NCBI GenBank assembly: GCA_013239625.1
Contig: MU053376.1
Coordinates: 1,264,833 to 1,328,832, forward strand
Reading direction: 5' to 3'
Source of the DNA: Lama guanicoe
Lineage: Eukaryota
DNA length: 64,000 nucleotides
In this document: in pieces, positions 37,496-49,600 of the stretch
How the letters are laid out: every line of letters starts with the position of its first letter
Position numbering within the stretch: position 1 is the first letter of the stretch
Notes under the pieces: generated by a model
Seen by the model: the letters and a program-made list of their open reading frames with translations, nothing else
Database searches by the model: none
What the model was told of the DNA's origin: nothing
Program-made: the position numbers and the translations under genes

Positions 37496-40400
37496 GTGGG
37501 CTCTTTATCCAGCTAGTAAGCTCCACCCACATGCCCACGGTCACTCCTGCCTAGTTCCCCTCTTCTACCTGCCCATCTGCTCATGCCCTTCCCTGGGGCT
37601 GCCAGGGTTCCACCTGCTATGTAGACTCTATACAGACACCCATCTGCAGCCCATCTCCTTCCCCAACCCCAAGGGGCAAGGCATTGCCTTCAAACTGAAG
37701 ATCTCAAAGATTCTGAGATGTAATCCCACGTCAGGGGATTGAGGGGTTGTTGTGATAGTCCTTGAGCAAGTAGCTGAGCCTACATCATTTAAGCTGTCAC
37801 CTCTGCTCTGTGAAGTTGTCCCTGGTTCTCTTGGGCACAGTTAAAGGGCTCCTCCTCGGCCCCAGACCATACTGCCTTGCTATGTTGGCCTTCCTGCGCA
37901 GTTCTCTCTCCCCCTGGATGCTGACACATGAGAATAGGGACTGAAACTTATATCCCGAGGATCCAGTACAGACCCTGGCACATAGCAGGTGCTCAATAAA
38001 TGTTTGTTGAATGAACAAACAATGGTAATTACAGCTACTATATACTGAGTTCCTGTTATGAGCCAAGCCCTGTGCCTGGGCATACATTGTCTTTAATATG
38101 CACAACAACCACACAGATCAATTTCAGTACCGTTGTTTACAGACTGCAAAACTGGGCTCAGAAAGCTGAAGTCACTTGCCCACAGGCACACGACTGTGCA
38201 TACAAGGACGTTCTGGAAATCAAAGTATCCCTAAGAAGCTCCCAGCTTGGCCTTTCACACCAGTGGTTTTAACCCTGACGCTCTTTGCCCCCATATTTTC
38301 TAGACTCAAATATCCACAAAGTTCCGTGTCCTCCTCTCCTCCCTGCTGCCACTGCTCCAGTCTAAGCCTGCATAATCTTTCACCAGATTCAGCCTCCAAA
38401 CCGGGGCTCGCATCTCCAGATTTGCCCCCACCATCAATCCTCCACTTGACTGCCAGAGAGATCATCCTAAATCACAGCCCTGGTGGTACCTCTTTCCTCT
38501 GAAATGCTCCAGGTTGCCCATATTGTCAGCAGAGGGTCCTGGCTCATTAGCCGTGGCTTATGTGGAAGGGTCTTCAGAACCCAGCACCTGCCTCCCTTTA
38601 CAAAGTCATCTCCAGCCCCAGCTCTAAGCTCTGGCCTCACAGAATTGTCTGGCCATATTGTCTCACCTCTGCACTTTGCACGTGGTCTTATCCCTCCTGG
38701 AAAAACAGAAAATCACTTCCTTCCCTCCAAAGTCCTCTCACCCCATTACCCTCAGCTCAGTCAGCAGAGAAATGCCTCCAGGCAGCCACAGACCGGCCCT
38801 CGGCCCTACAGCCCAGGGACTGTTCACTTACCTGCTCCATGAGACCGAGCTCCCTGAGGGTCGGGACTGCATTTCACTCCTCTTTTGTGTCCTCTTGGCT
38901 ATTATTTGGCATATAAGAGATGTTCAGCAAACTTTTGTTGAAACCGCTTGACCTCATCCACCCCCCTGGTTCCTTTGGCCCCACTCTCTCTAATCCCCTA
39001 GCACATAGTTCCTTAGCCATAGCGCCCTTCCTGCCTCGGCATGGCCTCCTCCCTGCACGCCCAGTATTCTTATCACACATGTGGATTATGGAGCCAGGCA
39101 GGTTGCTTCTTTTCCCCAAAGCCTGGAGGCTCCAGATCCATCCACTCTGCATCCCTTTAATACGCGGCAGTTTTGTTCTCATAAAGTGCATGTGCCTAGG
39201 AAATCTGCATCCCCTGACAGAGCAGAGGCAGCAAAGAGTTGGGAGGCCCTTTGCAAGGGGCCCCTGCTAACTACCCAGAAGGTACCCTCCTGATGGGCCC
39301 AGTGTCTTCCTTCCACCTCCCAAGTCCAAGCCCCGTGGGGTCCCGAGAGATCTTGTGCTGCAGGCTGGGTGCAGGCTGATGGTGGAGGGCAGACCTCAGG
39401 CTTGTGTCTTCCAGAAAGGAAGTTTTCCTTCTCTCAGCAACTCATTCTTCCTGGGGAAAGGCCCCAGGCTCAAAGCCTAGGACTTAAGGAGCAGCAGTCA
39501 CTTCAGATCAATCATCAGAAAGGGTTCACCGTGGACTACCCTTCCTCAAGAGATCCCTGCCAGGGCCCTCAGGCTGCAGAGGCCATGTCCACTGGCAGGG
39601 CAGAGGACACAGACCTCTTTGACTTGGTGCCCATCAAGTCTGTGGCACCACCCCCTCTCCTCACAGCTTTCAGGAGGAAGCCAGACTGGCAGGGGCCCAG
39701 ATTGGGTCACTTCATGCCACCCCACCTTTCCTCTGATCTCTAAAGTCTGATGGTTGGGGTGGAGTGCCCATTGACTTGGATCCTATTTGTGGCTTGCCAC
39801 TAACTCCTTGTGGGACTCTGGGCCAGACCAGTCTCCTTTCTGGGACTCAGTTTCCCCTTCTCTAAAATGAAAGCTGGACTAGCACTCTCTCTTCTGTGAG
39901 GCTTCTTGGATGATTCTTGGTTGGCCTGTGGGGTTTAATTCCAAAAGGACAAACTGAATTACTTTTCAGGATAGGAAGTGGGAGTGATGGCTAGACATGA
40001 GGCTTCATGCAGGCCCTGGAAAGGTGGGGCCAACCAGGTGGCAGCTTTGTCCGTAAAGGTAAGTGACAAATCCCACTGGACAGGGCAGAGGGACAGCCCT
40101 GCCAGGACTATTGTCAAGAACTCTAAAAGCGAAAAATGACCAACAGGATCTGTCAGAGCACATTAGCTCCTGGGGTGCCAGGTGCTGGGATCCAGGGTCA
40201 GACTCAGAAGGCGGGAGAGCTACACTTAGCGGTGGACACTCTCACTGAATCACCCCGTGCCCTGGCCCCAGTCCTGGGTGCTCCAGTCCGGATGGCCTCA
40301 TCCCCTAGTCGAGGCCCTCAGGGCCAGCCCCAGAAGGCTGGCAGAGGCCAGGCCTAGGAATGAAACCGGAAGAGGCACTTGGACCCTGGTTCTCAGAGTG

Positions 40401-40525
40401 GGAGAAAGGGGTGGGCACCCGGGCAGAGGGAGCCCTGGGGATTGGCAGCGGCAGTGGGCAGGGCGGGAGGGACGGGGAGGAGTCAACTTGTACGTGTGAA
40501 AAAATCTGGCGGGGGCCGGGCTCTT

Positions 40526-40629
40526 CCCTTCCTCCTCCTCCTCCTCCTCCTCCTCCCTCCTCTTCCCCACCTTCCTCCACCCCCTCCCTTTCCCTCCTCG
40601 TCTCCTCCTCCTCCTCCTCCTCCTCCTCC
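40526..40629. repeat. (CCT)n-rich polypyrimidine tract in the CDK18 promoter
   Basis: Two (CCT)n blocks flanking a C/T-rich spacer. Confidence 0.9.
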
Positions 40630-40699
40630 AGCTCAGGTTGCAGCTTCTCTGAGGAGCCGCTCACCTTTGCCGAGCAGGGGAGGCTGCACGGAGCCCGGA

Positions 40700-40838
40700 C
40701 AGGGACCCCGGCCGGGCGCAGGGCACGGCGACCAGCCCCGCGGCTCCCCGGCCGTCGCGGGCGGGAGCCGGCGCGCCGGCGGGGAGGAAGGGGAGGTCGG
40801 AGGAGGGGGCACCGCGGCGGCGGGTAAACGGAGCAAAG
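40700..40838 (+). other. CDK18: Probable non-coding exon 1 of CDK18 (start approximate)
   Basis: Near-consensus donor AAG|GTAAGC at 40839 within the CpG island. Exon 2 begins with an acceptor and only 27 nt of UTR, so an upstream exon is required. The TSS cannot be determined from sequence. Confidence 0.7.
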
Positions 40839-43800
40839 GTAAGCGGAGCGGCTCTTAAAGGCGCCGTCCTGGTTTTGCCCTGGGGCGAGAGGTTGGAGGG
40901 AAATGCCGGGGCTGCGTGGGGAGGTCTCAGATCGCGAGGCGTGTGGGCAAGTGTGTTGGGGGTGGCCGACGCCCTGTAAAGGCCACTCTCAGGTTCCAGG
41001 TGCTTAGGCGGGAGGGCTGTTTGCGTTCTCAGACACCCTTCGCCCCCCACTTTCCCCCTAGTGTCTCCACCGGGACTCACTTTGGCCCCCGGGCTCCGAG
41101 GAAGCAAAGTTTTACACCCGGTCGCGAACCCGGTGCTTTCTAAAGCGCCTTCCTTCTGGGAAGGGCAAGGGTCAAGAGTCTCTGGTAACGGGAGAACTCG
41201 CGAGTGTGGGACCAGATTGCCGCCTTGAAGGGCTTTCCGGGCTCCGGTGAACTTTCCAGACCTGCAGCTGGGGGGTGGGAGGCAGGGCCCTGGGGTGAAG
41301 GTGCAAGGACACGTGAAGCCCTGGCAGGTTCTAGCGCTGGGCTGCGTGGAGTGGGGGCCTCCGGGGACTACTGTGCGTCTTCTCTCTCTGCCCACCCGTG
41401 AGCCCAAGGGGGCAGTGCCACCTCCCCACCCAGCAGCAGCGGGCGAAGGGTTAATGCAGCCGTGGGAAAGGGTGGGTGGCCTGCTGGGAGATGTGGCTTG
41501 AGGATTCTGATGTCTGGGGTGGGAGGGGGGAGCTGATCAGGAATCTCTAGTCAGCTTTGAGCTGGAGGCCTCTGTTCTCGCCCTGTTGGGGGCAGGGGTT
41601 CCTGGGGCTGCTTGCAGGCCCTGCGGTGGGAGTCCCGCTGTTGAGACAGTGATTGATTTTCCGTGCTTGGGATCGACACCCTGCTAGGCACCAGTGGACT
41701 CTTTCTAATTCTCTCTGAACCCCTTCCCGACAGCAAGGGTGGGAGAGTTGGGGCTATGAGAAGTGGGGGTCAGCTCCCCAGAACCTCATCGCCACCTCAG
41801 CCCAGCCCTCAGCAGTTCCCCAGCTGTGGCCTGGGCCCTGTGACTCACTGACACCACCGGCTCGCACCTCCTGTGTCAGCACCCTATGAGATTCGGCATG
41901 TTCGTGTGGCGTTTTCCACTGGGCATGGGCACACTGAACATTCCTGGACACTGGCCCGCGGGAGCAGAATCCTCAGGACGAGGACGCCTGGAATGTCTGG
42001 CTGCCAGACACGTCCTCAGAGATCCCCTACCTTTTCTCTGGCCTTGGCAGAGGAGGGGGACGGGGACCACTTTGCTTAGGGTTGGGGGAAGGCAAGGGTG
42101 GACCCAGACAACATTGGCTCCTGGATTTGGATCTGAATCCTGAAGGTGTTCTAGAGGGAGGGTCACCTTGCCACAGCAGAGCTATTGTCTTAGGTTACCC
42201 TGCCCCAGTCACCTCCTGGGCAGCTGGTGAGCCTGTGAGAGTGACCTCCCCCTAGCCCTGCAACCTCATTGCCCACTGGGGTCCTGGGATTCTCCCCAGT
42301 GGCTGCCCCACTCTCCACTAGGAGCCTTCATTCTTCCCAAACTTACTGGGGTTTCCAGAGCCAGAGTAGATTTCAGTCAGTTACATCCGATTTCTCAATA
42401 CCTACTGGGTACCAAGCAGTGTGTCACACAGCTTTACGAAGTAGGTATTATTATCCCCGTTTTATGGTGAGGAAACAGACTTTGAGATACCAACATTCCC
42501 GAAGTCCACATAGGTGGGATCTAGCCCTCTTCACCTGACCTCAGCCCCCCTGGCTCTCAGTCCCTGCCCCATCACTGGAGATCCCAGCCCACTCTGGAGC
42601 TGTCTGGTTCTACGTCAGTCCCAGGAGAAGGAAGGGATGGTGGGGCGGGGAGGCAGTTACTCTGAGTAATAAGGCTCCCACTTGTCCTGCGCCTTCTTCG
42701 TGGGTCGCAGGAGAGAGGGCACCAGGTCTGAGGAACAAGTAGTTTCTTGGTCTGAGATCTCACGGGATTGGTCTTCCTGCCCGGGAAGCCTCCCCCTCGG
42801 GCCTGGAGGAGATGGAGCTGCCTTTCCGGCTGCATTTGTTTTCTCTGCAGACCCGGACTGTCCTCTGCCGACTTGGCCTTCCTGTGTCCAGGCAAACAGT
42901 CCCTGTGCTGTAGTGCAGAGCCTGACCTGGCTCTTCCCAGCTCCTGCCCCAACCATGCCGCTGCTGTCTGGGGTCACCCTGTTTGGGACTTCTGTCCAGC
43001 ATCTCCATCTATCCCTCCCCCAGACTCCCTCTTTCCTTCCCTGAGTTTGAGACCTACAGGAGAGGGCCACTCCAGGGCTCTGTTGGAATCCAGCTCTAAC
43101 AAGTACTGACTATGTGACTCCTCTCTCCCCAGCAAACTCCTGAGCTTCTCCCGCCTTTAGTTTCCTCATCTGTGAAATGGGCATCATAACAGGGAGGGTT
43201 GTTCCAGGTATTAAATGAAGTAATGTATGGTGCCTGGCACATGACAGAATACACAGTAGCTGTATTTATTTGGAAAGGAATTCCTAGTCATCACATGGTG
43301 CCTGACTTTGAGTAGAGACCAAGGCAGTCTTTTCTAATCCCATTGGGCCCTTAGTATCTTTCCTGTTCCTCCAGGTTGGGGAGGAGGGCGCTCTGGAAGA
43401 GAATGAGTGTAGGGGTGGGGTACCAGTTGGATGAAAACCTGCCAGGAGGGAACCAGGAGTCTGTGCTGTGGGACTCTCCGTCCCCCGCCCCACCCCAGTG
43501 TCCAGGATGAGTGAGGTAGGTACTGGGAGCTGGAAAACCTACAGCCCCTTGTTCCCAGAGCCCTCTGGCAGGGCCTCCTTTCCCTGGAGGTAAGAAGACC
43601 TTCCCCCAGTACTTATTTAATTGTAGTGCCTGTTCTGCCCTGTTGTCCGTGAGGGAGTGGCTGGCCTGGATCCAGACTTACCTGATTAGCTTCATCCCTT
43701 TAGGAACGAGTCACATTTCTTTTCTCCTGCCCTGTGTCCCGCCATAACCCCTCTCTCCTCCACCCTGGACCCTTTGCCCTCCTGGCATTAGCTGCTGAGT

Positions 43801-45759
43801 AGGCACTTTCCCATCTCCAGGGGGTGGGAGCAGACCAAGGTCTGGTCTTGTCCTGGTCCCCGTGGCGCATGCGCACGTACACACACAGAAGCCAGCTCTA
43901 AGGCTGGACTCTCAAAGCTCAGGCAGAGGGTGTGGGACCCAGGATCATGACAGCCAGTGGCTGGGCTTGGCAGGAGCTGGCCAGTGGCGTAGCAGCAGGT
44001 CAGGAAGAGGGAAAGCTGTAGGCGCATCTCAGCCAGACCTCCTGTCTGAAGGAGAGCCCATCTGCTCTTGAAATCTCCCCGGTTCCATCTTCAGAGGAGG
44101 AGGGACAGGAAGGCGAGTGTGAGAATTGCCTCTGAACTGAAAAGGGTCTTGAGGCTTCCTGACTGCGTGAGTGACTCTAATGAGACAGGACACCCTGGTC
44201 TTGGAGACATTGGTCCAAACTTTTGAAGGGACAGTGGTGAGACCCTCTTTCTCCCACCGTGCTCCCATCCCACCCTTCCGACATTCAGTAAAGTCTTTCC
44301 TGGAAATGGAGGGGTCGGTTTAGACAGGATGACCTGATAATGGCTAGCTGGTGAGTGAGTTCATTTTTGTGCGTGGAGCGTGCATCTCCTGCCCACCATG
44401 GGAGTGGGCGAGGTATGGACTTCGGCGTCAGTTCAAATCCTTCCCCTGCCAGTCAGTAAGTGGTGGCCTTAGGTGAAGGAACTTGCTCGCCCAAGTTTCA
44501 ATTTCCTCACTTAGAAAATGTAGAGAGTAATAATATTCCGTCTTGTGGTTGTTAGAATTCCAGTGAGATCCTGTCCACGATACTCCTCGCTTTTTGCCTT
44601 ACCTGGTGTCATTATGGAGGGGTGGTGGCAGGCGGAATTAGGGGACCACATTTGGCAGTTCTCAGTAGCCTGGCCTCTGCTCCCTATAGAAACCAGGGCT
44701 CAGGCCTCAAATTGGGAAGGAAATTCTGTTCTTAAAAGATTTCTACTCTCCTCCATACCCCAAGCACTCTCTCCATTTTATCATTGTCGTGTGAAGCTCT
44801 GACAAAGCCCCAGAATGATTTCTGTCCACACAACTTGCTTCCCTTAAGAAGTCACCCACTTCCTGCCTTTAGAGGTCCTCTCAGGAACCAGGACTGCTTC
44901 TCTCCTCCAGCCCTAGCCACCCACCCTTGCTGGGCAACCAGACGCGGGAGGGGACAGAGCTGACCTTCCGCACATCCTGGCAGGATCCAGTGCCTGGAAG
45001 CAGGTAGGCAATAGGTCCTGTGCTGGAGGGCATCACTCATGACATCAGCAGTGCTGGGTCTCCAAACCCTCTCCACCAGCAGGGCATAGGCTGAGGCTGG
45101 GAAAGGGGCCCCAGCCCCTCCCTATTCCTGGCCCGGAGCCCAGCTGGCAGCACCCCCTGCCGCTGCTGGGCCGGGTGCCCTGCTCTGGGCGGCTGCCAGA
45201 CCTGGCCGGCTCCTTCCCTGGCCAGGCAGCCCTCCAGTGGGCTGCTGATTTCCTGATAACAGTGCCCAGCACAGGGAATGTCATCTCTGGCCAGGCCCTG
45301 GCTGTCCATTCTGACCCCGGGGGAGCAGAAAGGGCTCTGAACTCAGAGTCACAAGCACTCAGTTCTAGTCTCAGCTCTGCCTCATCTGTCGAGTGGCCTT
45401 GGGCAGGTCACCCCCCTTTCTGAGTCTTCCCTTCTTCACCTAAAGACCGCGGGCACGGACCTGGAGATTTCTAGAGCCCCATCCAAGACAGCTGGTTTAT
45501 GGTTCCTGCTGACAAGATGAATGGTGCTTTGAGACCCCAGGAGGGACTCTGCTCTTTTACCCCAAACTCTGGAGCACAGGGCCTTCGCCCAGCTGAGGCC
45601 TGGGCAGCTGGTCCCTGCCACAGCTCAGATGGACGAGGAAGCCCTGGAGGGCCTCCTCCTTGTCCAACAGGAGGAGAAAAATTACTTTCCAAAGGAGTGG
45701 GTGTCGGACTCAAACACCATACAGGTACTGGATGCCCGAGGGCGAGGCTCGGTGAGGGG

Positions 45760-46070
45760 TGGCTCTGGGCCAAAACCAGCGTATATTAGTCTGACCCGTG
45801 AGCTAAGAATGATTTTTATAGTTTTAAGTGGTTGGGAAAAATTCAAAAGATGAAAGTAATATTGTGTGACACTGAACAATTATGTAAAATACGACTTTCA
45901 GCGTCCACGAGTGAAGGTTTACTGGGACGCAGCCACACGTGTGTTTCCATCTTGTCCTGGGTGCTGTGTACTGGGGCAGAGCTGTGTGACCGCAGCGGGC
46001 ACAGTGTGGCCCACAAAGCCGAGAATATTGCCTGTCTGGCCTTTTACAGAAAATGTTTGCCCAGCCTGCT
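45760..46070 (-). mobile_element. MER58B-like hAT DNA transposon
   Basis: GAGCTAAGAATGATTTTTATAGTTTTAAGTGGTTG...CTGGCCTTTTACAGAAAATGTTTGCC; reverse of the 25.2 kb element type. Confidence 0.75.
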
Positions 46071-46307
46071 CAAGATAATCATAGTTCTCCCAAAGACTCG
46101 CACTGAACAGTTCTGGAATCGCAATCTAAAAATACTTTCTTTTCATTTAAAAAGAAGCGTTACATCTTCCTTTACCATACGCAATGATTGTTGATTATGG
46201 AAATATTAAAAGTTGCAAATAAGCAAGAAGAAGGTATTAAAATCACCCATAATTCTGCCACCCTGTTGTATAACTATGGCTTGCATTTTAACTTAGATCC
46301 ATCTGGA

Positions 46308-46362
46308 TTATATATATTGTGTGTGTGTATATATATATATATAATATATATATATATATATA
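46308..46362. repeat. Compound (TG)n(TA)n microsatellite
   Basis: Directly visible. Confidence 0.9.
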
Positions 46363-46506
46363 GTGTTATATCCTTCTGGATTATATACAGTGCTTGTCTT
46401 CACGTGTATTTATATAGTGGACACGTAGGACACGTGTATACCCAGCAGTCATGCAGCTTTTACAAGTTGTACACAAATGCCCTTTTCTTTTAAAAACACA
46501 TCCCAA

Positions 46507-46631
46507 GGTGGGAGGATATAGCTCAAGTGGTAGAGCACATGCTGAGCATACACAAGGTCCTGGGTTCAATCCCCAGTACCTCCTCTAAAAATAAATAAAT
46601 TAACCTAATTACCCCCCCAAATAAAATAAAA
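46507..46631 (+). mobile_element. tRNA-derived SINE (camelid vic-1-like)
   Basis: A box TAGCTCAAGTGG, B box GGTTCAATCCC, tail AACCTAATTACCCCCCC plus (A)n; TSD TAAAAA[C/T]ACATCCCAA at 46491-46506 and 46632-46647. Confidence 0.88.
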
Positions 46632-49600
46632 TAAAAATACATCCCAAACTATTTACTGTCCCAGGACTGTCCTCAGCCCAGTGGGGTTGTTCTAGTATCT
46701 CAGACCCTGGGGGGACGTCCAGACTGAGGTGCCCCGCAGGCAGTCGGGCCTGTGAGTGTGAGGCTCCGGGGCTTGGTGGGGCCAGAGCTGTGGATCTGGG
46801 AGTCATCAGCACGTGGGTGGTGGTTTCCACTGCAGGAGAGCATGAGGTCACCAGGAAGGGTGTAGAGAGGGGAAGGACAAAGGACCAAAGTGGAAACTCT
46901 CCGGAGTGCCGACATTCAGGGACACAGGGACAGGTAGGGGAAGTGAAGCTACCAGACATGGGAGGGAGAAAGAAGCAGAAGAACCAGGAGGCCAGAGGAG
47001 GAGAGGACGAGGCGAGAGCCTGGACAGTGCCTGGAGCCTGGGACACAAGAGAGGGACAAGGAGAAAGCAGCACCTCCCCCGAACTCTGGGTGGTGGGTGC
47101 CCCCAGTGGGGCGTTTAGAGGCTTCCCAGAGTGGACCTTGGAGATAAGGAGGAGCAAGGAGGTGGTCCAGGCCGAGGCAGCTGCCTGGGCCCTGCCTGGT
47201 GGGAGGCAGGCCAGGCTGAGTGTGAGGAGGCCAGCTTGCCCTAAATGTTGGAGAATGTTGGCCCAGTGTTCCCTCGGAATGTGGGCACGGTGTCGCTGGG
47301 CCAAATGGCAGCGGTGGGGGCTGGGACTGGAGTATAAATAGGAATGTGGTCTGGAGATGCTGGGAAACCCTCCCCTCCTGCCCTTCCGCTCATGAGACTG
47401 AGAGGTCCCCCGGGGTGCCAGCGCCTGAAGGCCCCTGCCGTTCTGTTGCTAAAGTTGGGCATGACAAGGAGACCAAAGAGATGTTAACAAAGATTCCATG
47501 ACAGGTTCTTAAATCTGGACCAGGGAAGGCTAAAGGGGAGGTGAACTTGATGCTCTGTTTCTCCTTTTACTGATTGTGTAGAGGATGGTGGGCCTCAGCG
47601 TCTGTCTTTAAGCAAACAGAGAGGAAACAGCTGTGAGCTATTTCTTAGGGATTTAAGGAAGACCTAAAAAAAGGTTTCAGACTATGGAATTTTAAAAACA
47701 CTGGGTGGTAGGTGAGGGACTTTCTTTAAAGGTCTACTAAGGATGCTGCTGCAAGGGGTCCCCTCTGTCTGGGAGGTGAGGCGGGCCTTGTCTGCAAGCA
47801 GATGTGAGAGACAGGTCTTGCCTGCTCCGACCCTTTGCTCCAGCCTCTGGTCTGGGATGTTCTGCACAGCCAGGACCGGAGCTGACAGAGGGTGCCTTGT
47901 CCCCTCTTGTCACTTGGAAATCCAGAGCCTCCCTAAAGATTGCAAGCCAGCCTTAGCCGGGTCTCCAAAAAAAGGCCAAAAAGAAACTAACAGAAGATGA
48001 TACATGTGGCTTCCTTCCTTGAGGCTCAGGAAGCCAAAAAGCAGCAGAGTTTCAGCAGGGCAGATGTGGGGCCCACACCATGGGGCAGTCAGGGGTCAGG
48101 AGGGGTCATCTGTAGGGGTTGAGGCCAAAGTCTGAGCCTGACTGGGAAGCCCTGGGAATCTGCCCCTGAGAGATGGGAGGCCCTGAGGTCCTGCCAAGTG
48201 CTGCACACAAGCCCTGGAGTCCCCAGCTCGATGTATGTTCAGTTGGAACCTCTCATTAGGGTCGTTTCTATCCCTGATCCATCCCTCACTGTGGTGTGGC
48301 ACCTGCCAACCCGAGACCTCCGCAGACCTCACTGGGGGAGTTGCTGTGGGGCAGGACCGCCCCCCACTCCTATCTGTGAAGAGTTGGCTGGAGAAGGAGG
48401 ACTAGGTTACAGCTGAGGCTTGGAGTCTAGTGGGTACCGACAGTCTCCTGGCAGCCCTCCTGCCTCCAAACAGCTCCTGGAACCAAGACTTCTCAGCTTT
48501 CATAGATTCACTCATTGATCATTTGAGGATTTGCTCGGTGTCAGGCACTGGGGGTGCAGGGATGAGTCAGACCCAGTCCTTGCCCTTAACAAGCTCGCAG
48601 GCAAATTAGGGAAACAGACAAGCGAGCAGTCACAGTGCAGGGAGCCAGGTGTGCTGCCTGGGGACATCCAGAATGCCAAGGAGCACAGACGAGGGCTCCC
48701 AACCTGGCTGGGCCGGTGCGGTGGGGGTGGGTGGGTGTCAGATGAGAGAGGATGTGAGGAGGGAGGTTGTGCTGGACTGGAGCCTTGAAGATGCGGACAC
48801 TTCGCTTGCTTTCCCCATGTCCCTGGCCCACGGATCCCTGGGTTCCAGTTCCCACTAAGAGCCAGGAGAACCGAGGAGAAAAATGTCCCGGGACTGGTTG
48901 ACTGACCCCCGGGCTTGCTCTAGTGTGCCCAGAAAGAGGACAGGGCCAGGCCACCTCCGTGGGCTCACGTCCCTCCTGCTGGGAGTGGGGCTGGCCTGAC
49001 AAGGAGAAGATAAACCTAGAAACAGGTCCTTGGCCTGCCGAGAGTGGGAGGAAGAGACAGACAGATGGACAAACGGTGTCCTGGAGATTCAAGGTGCTGA
49101 AAGGTCCTTGACTTCAGTGGGCCTAATGTTTAAATATCTGTGAAAAAAAGCAGCTTAAGTCAGTCATCCCACCAACACTGACTGAGCACCTGGGAGGTTC
49201 CTCCCACCAGGTGAGGCGCTGGGCGAAGCTGCCTGAGACCACATCTTGCCCTGAAGGACATCACACTCTAGTTACCAGGCAGCTCCGGCAGCATCTCATT
49301 TCACCTGGAGGATGGAGGGGCGGCCATGTGCGGCTTCCCAGGGGAAGCAACGCTTGACTTGAGTTTGGAAGCAGATTTGCCGAGGAAAACATGAGGAAGG
49401 GTGTCCCAGGCCAAGCGAACATTCGCTTGCGACGTGCATGTGGTTTACTCCGAGAACGCCAAGTTCGTTCCACGGAACAACCCTCCAGGGAGAGGTGGAG
49501 CTGAGCCCAGGAGACGGGGGTCAGAACACAAGAGGCCTAGTCTACTGGCCTCTGGAGTTTGGACTTTTTCCTGAGGGTGGTGTTAATATTGAAGGATTTT

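Larger units (their letters stand above)
40440..41420. promoter_or_regulatory. CDK18: CpG-island promoter of CDK18
   Basis: Densest CpG/GC stretch in the window (e.g. GCCGTCGCGGGCGGGAGCCGGCGCGCCGGCG), with GC boxes and a strong + strand donor inside it, upstream of the first coding exon. Confidence 0.8.

Noticed and set aside
1..40000. MIR135B or LEMD1 coding exons expected from recalled human synteny
   Set aside because: I did not see the miR-135b mature sequence on either strand or any LEM-domain peptide; they probably lie before the window start. This was a visual search only.
40305..41407. Several long ORFs over the CDK18 promoter (poly-Glu/Pro/Ser)
   Set aside because: Artefacts of the (CCT)n tract and the stop-poor CpG island.
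46507..46585. tRNA-like sequence with A and B boxes
   Set aside because: It has a SINE tail, poly-A and TSD, so it is a SINE rather than a tRNA gene.
47333..47339. TATAAAT box in intron 1
   Set aside because: Isolated motif with no CpG enrichment and no convincing downstream donor; expected by chance.
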